This document shows positions 27,017 through 36,638 of a DNA stretch of 43,965 nt, one piece after another. This DNA comes from Solirubrobacterales bacterium (GTDB taxonomy: Bacteria; Actinomycetota; Thermoleophilia; Solirubrobacterales; 70-9). Made by a program: the position numbers and the translations under genes. The notes under the pieces are model-generated. The model searched no databases. It saw nothing but the letters and a program-made list of their open reading frames with translations, and had not been told where the DNA came from. Every line of letters starts with the position of its first letter. Position 1 is the stretch's first letter. The DNA is taken from assembly GCA_035759115.1 (NCBI GenBank), contig DASTVL010000067.1, positions 1 through 43,965 of the forward strand. Reading direction: 5' to 3'.

Positions 27017-27907
27017 ATGATTCGAATAGCCACCCGCGGAAGTGCACTCGCAGAAGCCCAGGCAGGGCAAGTTGCCGCGTCGTTGGGTGGGGGAAAGCTG
27101 GTGGTGGTCGGTTCGGATGGCGAGGTGGGGGACAAGGCGCGGTTCGTGCGGGGGGTCGAGCGGGCGCTGTTGGATGGGGAAGCGGACATAGGCGTGCACT
27201 CGGCCAAGGACCTGCCGGGAGAGATGGCGGCGGGGCTGGCGATCGCGGCGGTGCCGGTGCGGGAGGATCCGGCCGATGCTTGGATCGGAGTCGGGGACGC
27301 GCTCGATGACGTGCCCGAGGGCGCCCGCGTCGGCACGGCCAGCCTGCGGCGCAGGGCGCAGCTGCTGGCGGCGCGACCGGATCTGGTCGTGGGCGAGCTG
27401 CACGGCAACGTCGACACGCGGCTGCGCAAGCTGGCCGACGGGGAGCTCGAAGCGATCGTGCTGGCCGCGGCCGGGCTGCGGCGCCTGGGGCGCGCGGACG
27501 AGATCTCCTTCTCGATCCCGGCCGAAGCGATGACGCCGGCGGCCGGACAGGGGGCCTTGGTACTCCAGGCCCGCGAAGACGATGCGGCCTCGCTCGAGGC
27601 CGCGGGCGCGGTCGGCGAGGAGACGGCGCTGCGCGAGCTGACCGCGGAGCGCGCCGCGGTCGCCCTGCTGGAGGCCACCTGCGCGACTCCGATCGGCGTC
27701 CACGCGCGAGTGGACGGTGAGAATGCGGCCGGAGACGCCTCGCTCATCATCGAGGCCTTCGTCGGCCTCCCCGACGGAAGCGAGTGGATCCGCGACCGGG
27801 TCGAGGGCGCGGCCACCGAGCCCGCCGCCGCCGGCACGCTGCTCGCCGAGCGCCTGCTCGCCGCCGGCGCCCGCGAGATCCTCGACCGCGCGGAGGCGAT
27901 GGCGTGA
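27017..27907 (+). CDS. hemC: Hydroxymethylbilane synthase (porphobilinogen deaminase)
   Basis: IRIATRGSALA, HSAKDLP, GTASLRRRAQL, RGNVDTRLRKL-like HGNVDTRLRKL. Confidence 0.9.
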   Translation: MIRIATRGSALAEAQAGQVAASLGGGKLVVVGSDGEVGDKARFVRGVERALLDGEADIGVHSAKDLPGEMAAGLAIAAVPVREDPADAWIGVGDALDDVPEGARVGTASLRRRAQLLAARPDLVVGELHGNVDTRLRKLADGELEAIVLAAAGLRRLGRADEISFSIPAEAMTPAAGQGALVLQAREDDAASLEAAGAVGEETALRELTAERAAVALLEATCATPIGVHARVDGENAAGDASLIIEAFVGLPDGSEWIRDRVEGAATEPAAAGTLLAERLLAAGAREILDRAEAMA

Positions 27908-27955
27908 GCGCATCCGACTTTCACCACACCAGGGTGGGGTCAATGTCGGCTGCGC
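27908..27955. repeat. P-type palindromic element, copy 2, in the hemC-cobA spacer, inverted relative to copy 1
   Basis: gcgcatccgactttcaccacaccagggtggggtcaatgtcggctgcgc starts directly after the hemC TGA. Confidence 0.8.
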
Positions 27956-27971
27956 GGATCGGACGGGCGCG

Positions 27972-29519
27972 ATGACCGCGCGTCCGGGAGTCGTCTACCT
28001 GGTCGGGGCGGGACCGGGGGACCCCGGCCTGATGACGGCTCGCTCGCTCGAGCTGATCGCCTCGGCCGACGCGATCTTCTACGACCGCCTGATCCCGCCC
28101 GGCGCCCTCGACGGCGCCCGCCCCGACGCCGACCTCGTCTACGTCGGCAAGACTCCGCCGGACGTGCCGGTGGATAGAGGTCCATATAGACACCGCAGCA
28201 CCGGCACGTCCGTGGCGCAGGGGGAGACGAATGGGCGGCTGGTCGAGGCGGCTCGGGCGGGGGCGAGCGTGGTGCGGCTCAAGGGGGGCGATCCGTTCGT
28301 CTTCGGGCGCGGCGGCGAGGAGGGGGAGGCGCTGCGCGAAGCGGGAGTCGAGTTCGAGGTCGTGCCCGGTGTGACCGCCGGGGTCGCGGCGAGCGCCTAC
28401 GCGGGAATCCCGGTCACTCACCGCGACGACGCCTCCGCCGTCGCCTTCGTCACCGGGCACGAGGACCCGGAGAAGCCGGAGACGGCGCTCGACTGGGATG
28501 CGCTGGCCAGGTTCCCCGGCACCCTCGTCTTCTACATGGGGGTCAAACGGCTGGCCGACAACGCGAAGGCGCTGATCGGCGCCGGCCGCGATCCCGAGGA
28601 GCCCGCGGCTGCGATCGAGCGCGGCACGATGGAGGGGCAGCGCACCGTCGTCGCCACCCTCCGCACCCTGGCCGAGGCGGCGAAGCTCGAGGACGTCGGC
28701 GCCCCGGCGCTGATCGTCGTCGGCCCAGTGGTCGCGCGGCGGGAGGGCCTCGCGTGGCTCGAGCGGCGACCGCTGCACGGCAGGCGCGTCGTCGTGACCC
28801 GCGCCCGCGCCCAGGCCAGCGGCCTCGCCGCGACCCTGCGCGGCCTCGGCGCCGAGGTGGTCGAGCTGCCGGCGATCCGGATCGAGCCGCGGATCGAGAG
28901 CGAGGAGGTGCGGCTCGCCGTCGAGCGGATCGGCGAGTACGCGCTGATCTGCCTGACCAGCCCGAACGGGGCGCAGCTGCTGTTCGAGGCACTGGGCGAA
29001 TCGGCGCTCGATGCGCGGGCGTTCGGCGATTGCCGCGTCGCGGCGATCGGGCCGGGGACCGCGAAAGCTCTGGCCGAGCATGGGATCGCGGCCGACATCG
29101 TCCCGGAGAAGTTCGTCGCCGAGGCATTGGTCGAGGCGCTGGCGGATTTGGACGTCGGCGGCAAGCGAGTGCTCGTCGCCCGCGCCGCCGAGGCGCGCGA
29201 CGTGCTGCCCGATGCATTGCGCGAGCGCGGCGCCGAGGTCGACGTCGTCGCCCTCTACGAGACCGTCCGCGAGGCGCCCGACGGCGCGGCGATCGAGGCG
29301 GCGCAGAGCGCCGACTACGTCACCTTCACCTCGTCCTCAACCGTGCGCAACCTGACCGAGGCGCTCGGCGACCGCTTTCCGGCCGAGGCCCGGGTCGTCT
29401 CGATCGGACCGATCACCAGCGAGACCGCGCGCGAGGCCGGCCTCGAGGTAGCCGCCGAGGCCGAGCGCCACGACGTCGACGGCCTGGTCGCCGCCCTGCT
29501 CGCCGATGCCACGGACTGA
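27972..29519 (+). CDS. cobA/hemD: Uroporphyrinogen-III C-methyltransferase / uroporphyrinogen-III synthase fusion
   Basis: [49 protein letters not shown]. The C-terminal half is HemD-like. Start trimmed to ATG 27972. Confidence 0.9.
   Translation: MTARPGVVYLVGAGPGDPGLMTARSLELIASADAIFYDRLIPPGALDGARPDADLVYVGKTPPDVPVDRGPYRHRSTGTSVAQGETNGRLVEAARAGASVVRLKGGDPFVFGRGGEEGEALREAGVEFEVVPGVTAGVAASAYAGIPVTHRDDASAVAFVTGHEDPEKPETALDWDALARFPGTLVFYMGVKRLADNAKALIGAGRDPEEPAAAIERGTMEGQRTVVATLRTLAEAAKLEDVGAPALIVVGPVVARREGLAWLERRPLHGRRVVVTRARAQASGLAATLRGLGAEVVELPAIRIEPRIESEEVRLAVERIGEYALICLTSPNGAQLLFEALGESALDARAFGDCRVAAIGPGTAKALAEHGIAADIVPEKFVAEALVEALADLDVGGKRVLVARAAEARDVLPDALRERGAEVDVVALYETVREAPDGAAIEAAQSADYVTFTSSSTVRNLTEALGDRFPAEARVVSIGPITSETAREAGLEVAAEAERHDVDGLVAALLADATD
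28161..28210. repeat. Q palindrome: 50-bp element with 12-bp perfect arms inside the cobA reading frame
   Basis: gacgtgccggtg (28161-28172) is the exact reverse complement of caccggcacgtc (28199-28210). The loop is AT-richer and contains ggtccatatagac. Confidence 0.8.
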
Positions 29520-29520
29520 T

Positions 29521-29558
29521 GGAGCGATTTGGGGGTCTATAGGTCCCCAAAAGACTCC
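29521..29558 (+). promoter_or_regulatory. Hairpin in the cobA/hemD-birA spacer with a CTATAG apex
   Basis: tttgggg (29528-29534) pairs with ccccaaa (29545-29551), and ggag with ctcc outside. Apex gtctataggt. Confidence 0.4.
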
Positions 29559-29573
29559 ATCGACGGGAGGGCA

Positions 29574-30410
29574 ATGAGCTTCGGCGCACCGCACCGCCAC
29601 TATCGCGTCGCCGACTCGACCAACGCTCGCGCCCGTGAGCTGGTCGAGGCCGGGGCGCCGGGCGGGACGATCGTCACCGCCGCCGAGCAGACCGCCGGCC
29701 GCGGTCGCCAGGGCCGCAGCTGGACCGCGCCCCCCGGCAAGGCCCTGCTCTACTCGGCGATCCTCCGCCCGCTCGACGAGCGCCACCTTCTCCTGCCGCT
29801 CGCCGTCCCCCTCGCCGTCTGCGAGGCGGCCGAGCAGCTCGCGCCCGGGATCGAGTGCGCAATCAAGTGGCCGAACGACATCTGGCTAGACGGTCGCAAG
29901 CTGGCCGGCGTGCTGATCGAGGCCAAGCCCCAGGACGGATGGGCGGTGATCGGCGTCGGCCTGAATCTCACAATCTCCCGAAACGAGTTTCCACCCGACC
30001 TCCGTGACACGGCGATTTCGCTCTTCGGCCTGAGCGCTGAGAGTCGGCGGGAGGTCTGGGGAATGCCTCGCGAAGCGGCGCACCGGCGAGAGATTCCAGC
30101 GGCGAAGCCGCTCCAACATAGTGAGCGGAGCGCCAGCGAAGCGAACCCAGGCACTTCCCCAGACCTTCCGCCGACTCCCGCGGCCGCAGCCGCAGCGTTG
30201 AACCGTCATCTCGACCGCTGGGTCGAGGCGGACCCAGAAGAGACTCTCGCCGCCTGGCGCGGACGCGACGCGCTGCGCGGGCGCGAGGTCGCCTGGGACG
30301 GCGGCGCCGGGGTCGCCGATGGGATCGCGGACTCGGGTGACCTACTGGTCGCCGTCGCCGGTGGCGACCGCGTCGTCCTCGGCGCCGGCGAGGTCCACCT
30401 GCGGCTCTGA
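29574..30410 (+). CDS. birA: Biotin-[acetyl-CoA-carboxylase] ligase (class I, no HTH) with an internal insertion of about 45 aa
   Basis: GRGRQGRSW, KWPNDIW, GVGLN. ATG 29574 follows GGGAGG. Confidence 0.85.
   Translation: MSFGAPHRHYRVADSTNARARELVEAGAPGGTIVTAAEQTAGRGRQGRSWTAPPGKALLYSAILRPLDERHLLLPLAVPLAVCEAAEQLAPGIECAIKWPNDIWLDGRKLAGVLIEAKPQDGWAVIGVGLNLTISRNEFPPDLRDTAISLFGLSAESRREVWGMPREAAHRREIPAAKPLQHSERSASEANPGTSPDLPPTPAAAAAALNRHLDRWVEADPEETLAAWRGRDALRGREVAWDGGAGVADGIADSGDLLVAVAGGDRVVLGAGEVHLRL
30041..30177. repeat. R element: 137-bp TIR-bounded insertion inside the birA reading frame
   Basis: gagtcggcgggaggtctgggga (30041-30062) matches the reverse complement of tccccagaccttccgccgactc (30156-30177) at 21/22 positions. 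The interior is lower in GC. Confidence 0.8.
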
Positions 30411-32903
30411 GCCGTTCTTCGCCGCTTTCGCCCGTTTGCCGCCCCGCGGACGCTTCGCCGGTTTCGATCCGTTCTCGCCCTCGCCGGACTGGCCCCCGCC
30501 TTTGCCCTTCTTGCGTTTGCGCCGCCGCTTGCCGCCTTTGGGGAAATTCCGCAGCAGTTCGCGCGCGGTGGCCGAGGGTTTGCGGGCCATGCGCATGCGG
30601 GCGCCGCGCAGCACCTCCTCGCCTTCAGGCGTGTGCGAGACCGCGCCGGCGAGCAGCGCCACGGCGAGGCGGCGGTCCTGTTTGCGCGCCGCGTGGACGA
30701 GCCGGCGCGCGTTGCGCCCGTGCGCGCGGCCGGAGGAGTTGACCAGCAGGCCGAGCAGCCGCTTCGTCTCCGGCCAGCGCTGCACGGCGTACTCTTCGTG
30801 CAGCTCGCGGGTGTAGGAGGCGAGCCGCCAGACCCACGCCTGCGCCTGGTCGCGGCGGCCGATCCGCTTGTCGACCAGCGCCTGCAGCAGCGTTTTCGTC
30901 CCCGCCCGCTTGTCGTCGCGGCTCCAGGTGCCGACGATGTCGATCGCGTCGTCGAAGGCCTCGGGATCGCGCAGGTCGGCGATCTCGGCCAGCGCTTTCA
31001 GCCGCAGCTGCGAGTTGCGGTTGCGCTGTACGCAGGTGAGCAGGAAGCGGCGGCGCAGCTCCTTGGTCTGGTCGCTCTGCAGCATCGAGCGCGCCCGGCG
31101 CCAGTTCTGCGGGTTGACCCGCGCCCCGGCCAGCGCCGCCCAGGCGTGCTGCTCGGCGTGGTCGAGGTTCTCGACCGCGATCCGCCAGAGCTCGCGTTCG
31201 AGCACCTGGGTGCGGCGTTCGGAGACATTGGAGACGGGGACGATGCGGCGCTCGACCCGCACCCGGCGGCCGCGGCCGCGGCGCACCGGGCCGACGACGA
31301 TCGCGCCGCCGCGGTAGACGTCGCGGTCGAGCAGGCTGTGCAGGGTGACGATCGTCTCGTCGTGGGTCGTCGCCGGGTGGACGAAATCGATCACCAGGCC
31401 CGCCTCCTTGCCCGGCGCGCGCCGGGTGACGCGGCCGACGCGCTGCTGGTAGATGCGGCGCGAGGCGGTCGGCGCGAGGTGCATGCAGATCGTCGCCCGC
31501 GGCGAGTTCCAGCCCTCGGCGAGCAGCATCGCGTTGCAGAGCACGTCGACCTCGCCGCGCTCGAAGCCGGCGAGGATCTCGGCCAGTTCGCGCTTCGGCG
31601 TCTCACCGGAGACGGCGCGGGCGACGATGCCCGCGTTCTGGAAGGCCTTGGCGACGTTCTTCGCGTGCTGGACGCCGGCCGTGTAGAGGACGCCCGGGGT
31701 CTTGCTGAAGCGCGACCTGTAGAGGTCGGCGATCGCGACGTTGAAGGGCTCCTGGTCGAGCAGCGCGGCGAGCTCCTCCTGGTCGAAGTCCTGGTCGACC
31801 TCGCCTTTGCGCAGCGGCACCTTGGCGATCGTGCGCACCCCCGGCCCGGGCGGGATGCGGATGCAGCGCAGCGGTGCGATCACGCCGCGGCGCGCCGCCT
31901 GGGCGAGGTCGAAGCGCGAGGTCTGGGTCGGGAAGAGGTCGGCGACGTGGCGGGCGATCAGCGCCCCGGTCGCGGTCATGCCGATGAAGACGGGGCCGGT
32001 CCAGGCGCGGATGCAGGCGCTGGTCTTCTCGCCCAGCGCGGTGTGCGCCTCGTCGCAGATCACGATCGAGTAGGCGTCGGAGACCTGCTTGTGGTTGCGC
32101 ACGAACCACTGGTAGGTCTCGACCGTGACCGGGCCTTCGGCGTCGTCGCGGTCGCCGAGCAGCGGCGGCCGCAGGCGCTCCTTGTAGCCGCGGTCGGAGA
32201 TCTCGCCGATGAACTGTTCGACCAGGTTGCGGCGGTGGGTGAGGATCAGCACGCCGCCGGTGCGGCTGGCGTCGATGAAGCCGACCGCGGCGACGGTCTT
32301 GCCGGCCCCGGTCGCGTGCTCGAACCAGAAGCGGCGGGCGGCGCCGGGGTCGTCCGACGCCTCTTCCTCGGCCGGCTCTTCGTCCTCCTCGGAGCTGTCT
32401 TCCTCCCAGTCCTGCGGCTCCTCGTCGGCGGCCAGCTCCTCCGGCTCTTCCTCCTCCTCGTCCTCGTTCGCAGACCCGTCGCCGGCGGCCGGCGCCTCGG
32501 CCGGCTCGGCCACGGGCGCGGCGCCGTTTTCGGCCGCGACCTGCTGCTCGGACATCAGCTCGGTCAGGGTGCCGGAGAGGGCGTCGACCTGGTGCGGGTT
32601 GAGCTCCGCCCCGTCGCGCAGCTTCGGCGGTTCGTCGGCGAGCAGCCGCTCCAGCCCGAGCAGCAGCGAGAAGTCGCGCCGCCACTGGATCGAGGGCTCC
32701 TCGGCCCCTTCGTCGAGCTCCTTCAGCGCCGCGTCGAGGGCGCGACGGCGGGCCGTGCCGGGCGCGAGCGCCTCGGGCCCCTCGCCGTCGAGCAGCAGCG
32801 GCTCGCGGGCGAACTCGGCCGCCCGATCGATGTCGGCGCTTGAGGGAACTGCCGCTGGCGCGGCAACGTCGGTGGTGTTGGCCATTGACGGGCTTCCGTC
32901 CAC
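30342..32903 (-). CDS. SF2 DEAD/DEAH-box (ResIII-type) helicase with an acidic insert, a C-terminal domain of unknown function and a basic tail
   Basis: ATGAGKT (I), DEAH (II), TAT (III), QQRVGRVTRR (VI). An alternative start is MANTTD at 32885. Confidence 0.8.
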   Translation of the reverse strand: MDGSPSMANTTDVAAPAAVPSSADIDRAAEFAREPLLLDGEGPEALAPGTARRRALDAALKELDEGAEEPSIQWRRDFSLLLGLERLLADEPPKLRDGAELNPHQVDALSGTLTELMSEQQVAAENGAAPVAEPAEAPAAGDGSANEDEEEEEPEELAADEEPQDWEEDSSEEDEEPAEEEASDDPGAARRFWFEHATGAGKTVAAVGFIDASRTGGVLILTHRRNLVEQFIGEISDRGYKERLRPPLLGDRDDAEGPVTVETYQWFVRNHKQVSDAYSIVICDEAHTALGEKTSACIRAWTGPVFIGMTATGALIARHVADLFPTQTSRFDLAQAARRGVIAPLRCIRIPPGPGVRTIAKVPLRKGEVDQDFDQEELAALLDQEPFNVAIADLYRSRFSKTPGVLYTAGVQHAKNVAKAFQNAGIVARAVSGETPKRELAEILAGFERGEVDVLCNAMLLAEGWNSPRATICMHLAPTASRRIYQQRVGRVTRRAPGKEAGLVIDFVHPATTHDETIVTLHSLLDRDVYRGGAIVVGPVRRGRGRRVRVERRIVPVSNVSERRTQVLERELWRIAVENLDHAEQHAWAALAGARVNPQNWRRARSMLQSDQTKELRRRFLLTCVQRNRNSQLRLKALAEIADLRDPEAFDDAIDIVGTWSRDDKRAGTKTLLQALVDKRIGRRDQAQAWVWRLASYTRELHEEYAVQRWPETKRLLGLLVNSSGRAHGRNARRLVHAARKQDRRLAVALLAGAVSHTPEGEEVLRGARMRMARKPSATARELLRNFPKGGKRRRKRKKGKGGGQSGEGENGSKPAKRPRGGKRAKAAKNGSEPQVDLAGAEDDAVATGDGDQ

Positions 32904-33044
32904 TCCAGGCAGCGCTACGAGGGCGCTGCCGGGAAGACTTGCGTGAGGATGCCGGAGCTCGCTTTAGCTCAATCCCCGGCGATCTCGAGCGGCTCGCATA
33001 CGGCGAACCGGACAGCACCTATTGTAAACAGGAGAGCCAGACGA

Positions 33045-33623
33045 ATGATTCCCAAGCTCGCACCCCCCCTGATCCTCATCTCGATCGTGCTTGTCGTCGC
33101 TGGTTGCGGGTCGTCGCCGGCGGATGGAGGCGATCCCCCCGACTACGCGAAGGCGCTGGCCGGGGCGCCGCCGAAGCTGGCGGCGCTGCACCGGCAGGCG
33201 AACGAGCTGCTCGGCGGCGACATCGACGACTACGAGCAGCGGGTCGACTCGCTGCGCGGCTACCCGATCGTCGCCAACGTCTGGGCCTCCTGGTGCGGGC
33301 CCTGCCGGCTCGAGGTCCCCTACTTCCAGCGGGCGGGCGCCGAGTACGGCAAGCGCGTCGCCTTCCTCGGCATCGACCGCCAGGACTCCGACGACGCGGC
33401 GCTCACCTTCCTGCGCGAAGAGCCGGTGCCCTACCCGAGCTACCGCGATCCCGACGAGGCGATCTCGGAGAGCATCGGCGCGGCCCTCGGTATGCCCGAC
33501 ACCGCCTTCTACGACGAGACGGGCGAGCTCGTCTATCTCAAGCTCGGCCCCTACGACGACTTCGCCGAGCTGCGGACCGACATCGAGCGCTACGCGCTCA
33601 CCGGCGAGCGCGAAAGCGGATAA
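33045..33623 (+). CDS. TlpA/ResA-like thiol-disulfide oxidoreductase lipoprotein
   Basis: Lipobox VVAGC and WASWCGPC. ATG 33045 follows AGGAGAG. Confidence 0.8.
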   Translation: MIPKLAPPLILISIVLVVAGCGSSPADGGDPPDYAKALAGAPPKLAALHRQANELLGGDIDDYEQRVDSLRGYPIVANVWASWCGPCRLEVPYFQRAGAEYGKRVAFLGIDRQDSDDAALTFLREEPVPYPSYRDPDEAISESIGAALGMPDTAFYDETGELVYLKLGPYDDFAELRTDIERYALTGERESG

Positions 33624-33631
33624 TCGACGGT

Positions 33632-34093
33632 ATGGACGCCTTCGTCGTCATCGCGCTGGTCGCCTTCGCCGTGCTGCTCGCCGAGCTGCTGCTGCCGACC
33701 GGCGGCGTGCTCTCGGCGATCGGGGCGCTGGGGCTGATCGCGGCCGGCGTGATCGCGCTCACCGCCGAATCGGACGCGAGCGCCAGCAGCTGGGCCGGGC
33801 CGGGCCTGATCACGCTCGGCGTGCTCTCACTGATCACCGCCTACTTCGTCGGCCGCAAAGTGCTCGAGGCGCACCGCGACCAGCCGGTGCGGACCGGGTA
33901 CGAGGAGCTGATCGGGGCGCGGGCCGAGGCGCGCACCTCGCTCGACCCCGAGGGACAGGTCTGGATCGAGGGCGCGCTCTGGCGGGCGCGGCTGACGGGC
34001 GAGGGAGGCCCGCTGCGGCCGGGGGATAGAGTCACGGTCGAGGCCGTCGAAGGGCTGACCCTGGTGGTCGCGCCCGAGGAAGGAGCGCATTGA
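33632..34093 (+). CDS. nfeD: NfeD-family membrane protein
   Basis: Two or three N-terminal TM helices plus a C-terminal OB-like segment ([13 protein letters not shown]...[16 protein letters not shown]). It precedes an SPFH gene. Confidence 0.75.
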   Translation: MDAFVVIALVAFAVLLAELLLPTGGVLSAIGALGLIAAGVIALTAESDASASSWAGPGLITLGVLSLITAYFVGRKVLEAHRDQPVRTGYEELIGARAEARTSLDPEGQVWIEGALWRARLTGEGGPLRPGDRVTVEAVEGLTLVVAPEEGAH

Positions 34094-34953
34094 TGGACAT
34101 CGCAGCGGGAGTCTTCCTGGTACTTGTCTTCTTCGGGCTGATCGTCGCCGGCTCGTCGATCCGCGTCCTGCGCGAGTACGAGCGCGGCGTGATCTTCCGC
34201 CTCGGCCGGCTGATCGCGACCAAGGGCCCGGGCCTGATCCTGCTGATCCCGCTGGTCGACCGGATGGAACGGGTCGAGCTGCGCACGGTGACGCTCAACA
34301 TCCCGCCGCAGGAGGTGATCACCCGCGACAACGTCCCCTCCAGCGTCAACGCGGTCGCCTACTTCCGCGTCGTCGACTCCAACCGGGCGATCGTCGAGGT
34401 CGAGAACTTCCTCGTCGCGACGTCGCAGATCGCGCAGACGGCGCTGCGCTCGGTGCTCGGCAAGGCCGAACTCGACCAGCTGCTCTCCGAGCGCGAGCGG
34501 CTCAACGAAGAGCTGCAGACGATCATCGACGAGTCGACCGAGCCCTGGGGCGTGAAGGTGACCGCGGTCGAGATCAAGGACGTCGAGATCCCCGAGCAGA
34601 TGCAGCGGGCGATGGCGCGCCAGGCCGAGGCCGAGCGCGAGCGGCGGGCGAAGATCATCAACTCCGAGGGCGAGTACCAGGCGGCGCAGAAGCTCACCGA
34701 CGCGGCCGACATCATCAGCACCAACCCGGCCTCGCTGCAGCTGCGCTACCTGCAGACGCTGCTCGAGATCGGCAGCAACCAGAACACGACGATCGTCTTC
34801 CCGCTGCCGATGGACGTGCTCGAGCCCTTCCTGGGCGGGATGAAAACGGAGAAGAAACCGTCCGAGCCGAAAACCGGGCCGCGGCCGGCGCCGCCGCCGA
34901 TGCCCGAGGTGGACGAGCCCGATCCCGACGATCTGCCGCCCTCGCGCGTTTAG
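34093..34953 (+). CDS. SPFH/Band 7 (stomatin-like) protein
   Basis: [36 protein letters not shown] 34093 overlaps the nfeD TGA; TTG 34090 is an alternative. Confidence 0.85.
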   Translation: MDIAAGVFLVLVFFGLIVAGSSIRVLREYERGVIFRLGRLIATKGPGLILLIPLVDRMERVELRTVTLNIPPQEVITRDNVPSSVNAVAYFRVVDSNRAIVEVENFLVATSQIAQTALRSVLGKAELDQLLSERERLNEELQTIIDESTEPWGVKVTAVEIKDVEIPEQMQRAMARQAEAERERRAKIINSEGEYQAAQKLTDAADIISTNPASLQLRYLQTLLEIGSNQNTTIVFPLPMDVLEPFLGGMKTEKKPSEPKTGPRPAPPPMPEVDEPDPDDLPPSRV

Positions 34954-34962
34954 AGCAGAGCC

Positions 34963-36015
34963 CTGAGCGCGCCCGAGATCCGCATCGACCAGCTCAACGG
35001 GCTGCCGACGATCCTGGCGCCCGGGCGGGCCGACCGCCCGCACGGCTTCGGCGGCCGCGCGAGCGACGAGAAGGGCGGCGAGGGCTGTCCCTTCTGCGAG
35101 GGGGCCGAGGGCAAGACGCCGCCCGAGGTCCACGCCGTGCGGCCCGGCGGCGGCAAGCCCGACACCCCGGGCTGGACCAGCCGCGTGGTGCCCAACCTGT
35201 ATCCGGCGCTGGGCGCCGAGGAGGCCGTGGGCGGCGCCGGCGCGACCGGCGGCGAGGCGGGCGCCTTCGCCAGCGCCGGCGACCCGCTGCTCGAGTCGCG
35301 GCGGGCGGGCGAACCCGACCTGTTCGCCTCGCGCCCGGCGAGCGGCGCGCACGAGGTGATCGTCAACGGCCCCGAGCACGTGACCGCGATGGCCGAGCTG
35401 AGCGAGGAGCGCTTCCTCGGCGCGATCGCGACCTGGCGCGAGCGCATGCGGGCCCACGCCGAGGCCGCCTACGTGCAGGTGGTGGTCAACGAGGGCGCCG
35501 GCGCGGGCGCCTCGCTGCCGCACACGCACGCGCAGCTCTACGCGCTGGGCTTCGTCCCCGCGGCCGTCGCCCGCGAGCGCGAGCGGGCCGGCGCCTACGG
35601 CGAACGCACCGCGGGCGGTGGGCTGCTCGCCGACGTGCTGGTCGAGGAGGTGCGGCGCAGGGAGCGGCTGGTCGCGATCGACGAGGAGGCGGCGCTGATC
35701 TGCCCCTGGGCCTCGCGCTCACCCTACGAGCTGCGCGTCGTGCCGCGGCGCGAAGCGGCGAGCTTCGCCGACGCCGAGGGCGGCGCGGCGATGATCCGCA
35801 CCGCGATGCGCCTGCTGGCCGAGCGCTTCGACGGCCCGCCCGAGCTGAACCTCTGGGTCGCGACGGCGCCGCGCGGCGCCGAGCGCTTCTGCTGGCACGT
35901 CGACATCGCCCCGCGGCTCTCGGTCAAGGCGGGCTTCGAGCTGGGCAGCGGCGTCGACATCAACATCTACCCGCCCGAGCGCGCGGCGGCGGATCTGCGC
36001 GAGCTGGTCGGATGA
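34963..36015 (+). CDS. galT: Galactose-1-phosphate uridylyltransferase-like HIT enzyme; start codon uncertain (CTG?)
   Basis: CPFCEG zinc motif, VVPNLYPAL, LPHTHAQL (HxHxQ). The frame opens at 34954. The first canonical start (GTG 35137) lies after the CPFC motif. Confidence 0.7.
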   Translation: MSAPEIRIDQLNGLPTILAPGRADRPHGFGGRASDEKGGEGCPFCEGAEGKTPPEVHAVRPGGGKPDTPGWTSRVVPNLYPALGAEEAVGGAGATGGEAGAFASAGDPLLESRRAGEPDLFASRPASGAHEVIVNGPEHVTAMAELSEERFLGAIATWRERMRAHAEAAYVQVVVNEGAGAGASLPHTHAQLYALGFVPAAVARERERAGAYGERTAGGGLLADVLVEEVRRRERLVAIDEEAALICPWASRSPYELRVVPRREAASFADAEGGAAMIRTAMRLLAERFDGPPELNLWVATAPRGAERFCWHVDIAPRLSVKAGFELGSGVDINIYPPERAAADLRELVG

Positions 36016-36638
36016 CGCCCAACCCGCGGCCGATCCCCCGCTTCATCGCCGACTCGACTCAGGAGGGGATCCCGCACGGGCGCTTCGCCGAGCGGCTCGC
36101 CGGCGAGTTCCGCGGCGCCTGCGAGGCGATCGAGGACCTGCCCGACGGGGTCGAGCTGCCGGAGCAGGTGGAGTGGTTCCCGGAGCGGGCCTGGGGCGGG
36201 CGCGTCTGGGTGCCGGCGACGGCCCGGGCGGACGGGCCCGAGGGCGCGCTGGAGCTCTTCGGCCACGTCTCCTACGTGCTGCCCGAGGACGGCGAGCCGG
36301 GCGAGTTCCGCGCCGGCGCCGACTTCACCGACGTGCTCGCCGAGGACAACCGGGGCTGGCGGATCGACCTCAACGACGAGGTGATCGGCCGCTGGCGGGG
36401 GGAGAATGGCCGCGAGGGCGCCGTGACCCTGGTCTGGGGACGGCCGCTGATCCGCGGCGCGGTCGCGGCGACGGCGGAGCTCGACGCCGAGACCGTCGAC
36501 CAGGAAGTCGTCTCCGACGACCGCTTCACCCTGCTCGCCCTCGACGCGCTCAAGGGCTACGGCGACGACATCTTCATGCAGGTCAAGCTCTGGAGCCGCC
36601 GGGGGCTCGAGCTCGCCAGCGAGAGCCTCTACGCCTGA
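36012..36638 (+). CDS. Hypothetical protein
   Basis: 208-aa ORF with an ATGA overlap to galT and coding-like composition. No motif recognised. Confidence 0.55.
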   Translation: MTPNPRPIPRFIADSTQEGIPHGRFAERLAGEFRGACEAIEDLPDGVELPEQVEWFPERAWGGRVWVPATARADGPEGALELFGHVSYVLPEDGEPGEFRAGADFTDVLAEDNRGWRIDLNDEVIGRWRGENGREGAVTLVWGRPLIRGAVAATAELDAETVDQEVVSDDRFTLLALDALKGYGDDIFMQVKLWSRRGLELASESLYA

